Shown: positions 62,442-64,000 of the stretch, piece by piece
Numbering within the stretch: position 1 is the stretch's first letter
Layout: each line of letters starts with the position of its first letter
DNA from: a virus
Taxonomy: Duplodnaviria > Caudoviricetes
DNA: 64,000 nucleotides
Direction: 5' to 3' (one strand)
IMG/VR virus record: IMGVR_UViG_3300020037_006332
Location: 1-64,000 of that record
Notes under the pieces: generated by a model
Databases searched by the model: none
Seen by the model: only the letters and a program-made list of their open reading frames with translations
Told to the model about the DNA's origin: nothing
Program-made: the position numbers and the translations under genes

Positions 62442-63169
62442 TGCTTACGCTCCATCGCTTGTAGGATTGTGGCCGTCCTGGCGTCCTGTTTGGCGGTTAA
62501 TTTTCCACGCTTGGCGACGGGCTTATACATGGTCGCGGCGAGTTCATACCAGCCGGTATCTGTGGGGCCTCGATTGCAGTTTTGGCCGTGGGCGTAGCCG
62601 GTATGCCAGCCCATCACGTAGCTGCAAGTTTCGGGGGTCGGGCAGGGGTCGCCGATGCTGGCGGCTTCCCGGCTGAGTCGGCCGATAAGCTGGAGGTCGA
62701 AATCGGCTTGGTCGGTGACCGGCCAGCCGCCTACCCGCTGGATTAGCTCTTTGCGGAATGCCAGCGACGAATGGAAGCGGGGGCCGGCGGTTTCGGCCTG
62801 GAGCTGGCCCGGGCCCGGGTAGTCGGTCAAGATCGTGCTAGGCTTCGATAGCTCGTGGGTCTGGAGTTGCTCGACGTGCTGGCTGATGTAGGTCGGGCAA
62901 TAAATGTCGTCGTCTTCCCAAACCAGATACGCCTGATTCCGTAGCGGGGCGACGCATCGCATGAAATTGTACTTGGACGGTAGGCTCGGGAATCGCTCCG
63001 TGCTGAATAGCCGCCAGTTGGGCCCCTGCTGGTCGTCGAACGTGCCGCCGTCGTCGTGGATGATTAGATAGCGTTGGTCGGCCGGATAGTCCTGCTGGTC
63101 CCAGAGCCAGAGGGTATTTTCTAGCAGGTCCGGGTGGCGGAACGTGGGGCACAGTGCGGTTATAAACAT
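62402..63169 (-). CDS. GT-A (GT2-like) glycosyltransferase
   Basis: ALCPTF, IHDDG, WEDDDIY. Confidence 0.8.
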   Translation of the reverse strand: MFITALCPTFRHPDLLENTLWLWDQQDYPADQRYLIIHDDGGTFDDQQGPNWRLFSTERFPSLPSKYNFMRCVAPLRNQAYLVWEDDDIYCPTYISQHVEQLQTHELSKPSTILTDYPGPGQLQAETAGPRFHSSLAFRKELIQRVGGWPVTDQADFDLQLIGRLSREAASIGDPCPTPETCSYVMGWHTGYAHGQNCNRGPTDTGWYELAATMYKPVAKRGKLTAKQDARTATILQAMERKQWNDLTRPAPTRR

Positions 63170-63687
63170 AGCCGTTCCAGGATCGTTAGGCCGTAGTTAT
63201 TGGTGAAGTGCTCGATAATCCGAAATTCCCCGGCGGCAATAAGTTCCCCGATGGCTTTCCACATGCTGGTTTCGTGGCTGCCGCAAACCGGGTGCGTGTC
63301 GTGCAGGGCGATATACTTGCTGACCTTGGGGGCGTGGCGGGTTAATTCTCGGGCTAGATGATCGTAGCTATGGTCGCTGTCGATAAATAGCAGGTCCGTG
63401 GGCTCGATGTCGATTTCGGCGGAGTTGGCTTGGTAGAAAACGAAATTCGTTTCCGGGCCCACCAGCTTTTGCAGCTCGACAATTACTGGGCAGGGCATGA
63501 TATCGACGCTGGTGAGCCGGCGGGGCTCGGCGGCCAGAAATGCCGTGGTGGAGTTGCCGGTGCGGACGCCAAACTCGGTGATCGTCTGGCACTTGCAGGC
63601 CAGCCGGTGTAGGGTTTCCAGGTGCTCGTTAATTTCTCCCGGGCGGGCAATGAGTAGCCGGAGCCGGTTTTCTAGGGCTTGGTTCAT
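63160..63687 (-). CDS. Class I SAM-dependent methyltransferase (Methyltransf_24-like)
   Basis: EFGVRTGNST, LFIDSDHSY, LHDT. Confidence 0.85.
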   Translation of the reverse strand: MNQALENRLRLLIARPGEINEHLETLHRLACKCQTITEFGVRTGNSTTAFLAAEPRRLTSVDIMPCPVIVELQKLVGPETNFVFYQANSAEIDIEPTDLLFIDSDHSYDHLARELTRHAPKVSKYIALHDTHPVCGSHETSMWKAIGELIAAGEFRIIEHFTNNYGLTILERLCL

Positions 63688-63998
63688 AGGTGCTTTACGC
63701 CTTTGGCCTTGAGCTTGGCGAGTACGTCCACGGTGCGGCTATCGTAGGCCGGTTTGGCGGGGCCCCACTGGATCGGCTGGACGGCTTGGGCGTAACGCTC
63801 GTACCATCCAAGGTCATTCAGGTCGTTGGTGTAGACGGTACTGGAATGCGTGTAGCCGGTGCCGGAGTAGCCCATAACATACTGGCAATCTTCATCGGTG
63901 TCCCACGGCTCGACGGAGCCCCCGGAAACCGTGGTCGCGGCGTCCCGGAATAACATATCGAAATTCCCCACGGGTTCCACGGGGTAGCCGCTGATTCG
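63684..63998 (-). CDS. C-terminal part of a second glycosyltransferase paralog, runs off the window
   Basis: RISGYP...FDM...YVMG...GWYE aligns with RVGGWP...FDL...YVMG...GWYE of 62402-63169. Confidence 0.65.
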   Translation of the reverse strand, partial: RISGYPVEPVGNFDMLFRDAATTVSGGSVEPWDTDEDCQYVMGYSGTGYTHSSTVYTNDLNDLGWYERYAQAVQPIQWGPAKPAYDSRTVDVLAKLKAKGVKHL

Positions 63999-64000
63999 GT

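Noticed and set aside
3115-63347. AATTAACCC resembles the upstream half of the T3 promoter
   Set aside because: The downstream TCACTAAAG half is never present, most copies are intragenic, and no phage RNA polymerase is in the window
1-64000. TAG stop-codon reassignment suggested by frequent CTAG/TAG
   Set aside because: Genes end cleanly at TAG with the next gene starting nearby, and long ORFs are intact in the standard code
1-64000. tRNA, rRNA, CRISPR array, integrase/att site, reverse transcriptase
   Set aside because: None recognised by eye; a tRNAscan/Infernal/HMM run would be needed to exclude them formally

Overview
The window is most of a high-GC tailed dsDNA phage (or prophage) genome, almost entirely encoded on the minus strand. 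No integrase, tRNA or CRISPR array was seen. A Planctomycetota-like host is an inference from CsrA, Tat/Sec-type cargo and protein style. Read 3'->5' on the plus coordinates, it contains: a glycosyltransferase/methyltransferase/radical-SAM cluster; a divergent control region near 60 kb; early genes (DUF6011-like, MoxR AAA + vWA, csrA, YqaJ exonuclease + RecT-like annealase, HNH, replication initiator); long runs of small accessory genes with a subtilase, a di-heme cytochrome c peroxidase, a DNA methyltransferase, a superinfection-immunity protein and a ParB + GHKL ATPase pair; then packaging and structural genes (TerS, intein-containing TerL, giant portal fusion, protease/scaffold, capsid, adaptor, tail tube, G/GT chaperone with -1 frameshift, short tape measure). 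The most unusual observations are five. (1) A phage csrA together with about 14 covarying ANGGAN-hexaloop hairpins on the ribosome-binding sites or start codons of late genes. (2) A TerL intein whose HNH endonuclease is encoded on the opposite strand inside the intein. (3) An octamer, GGTTAAWW, present about 60 times on one strand only, in all reading frames. (4) A 1628-aa portal fused to zincin modules separated by RY/WDESKHPR linkers. (5) Two families of unrelated small proteins that share a short N-terminal or C-terminal tag. All counts were made by eye, and family assignments come from motif recognition, not database searches.
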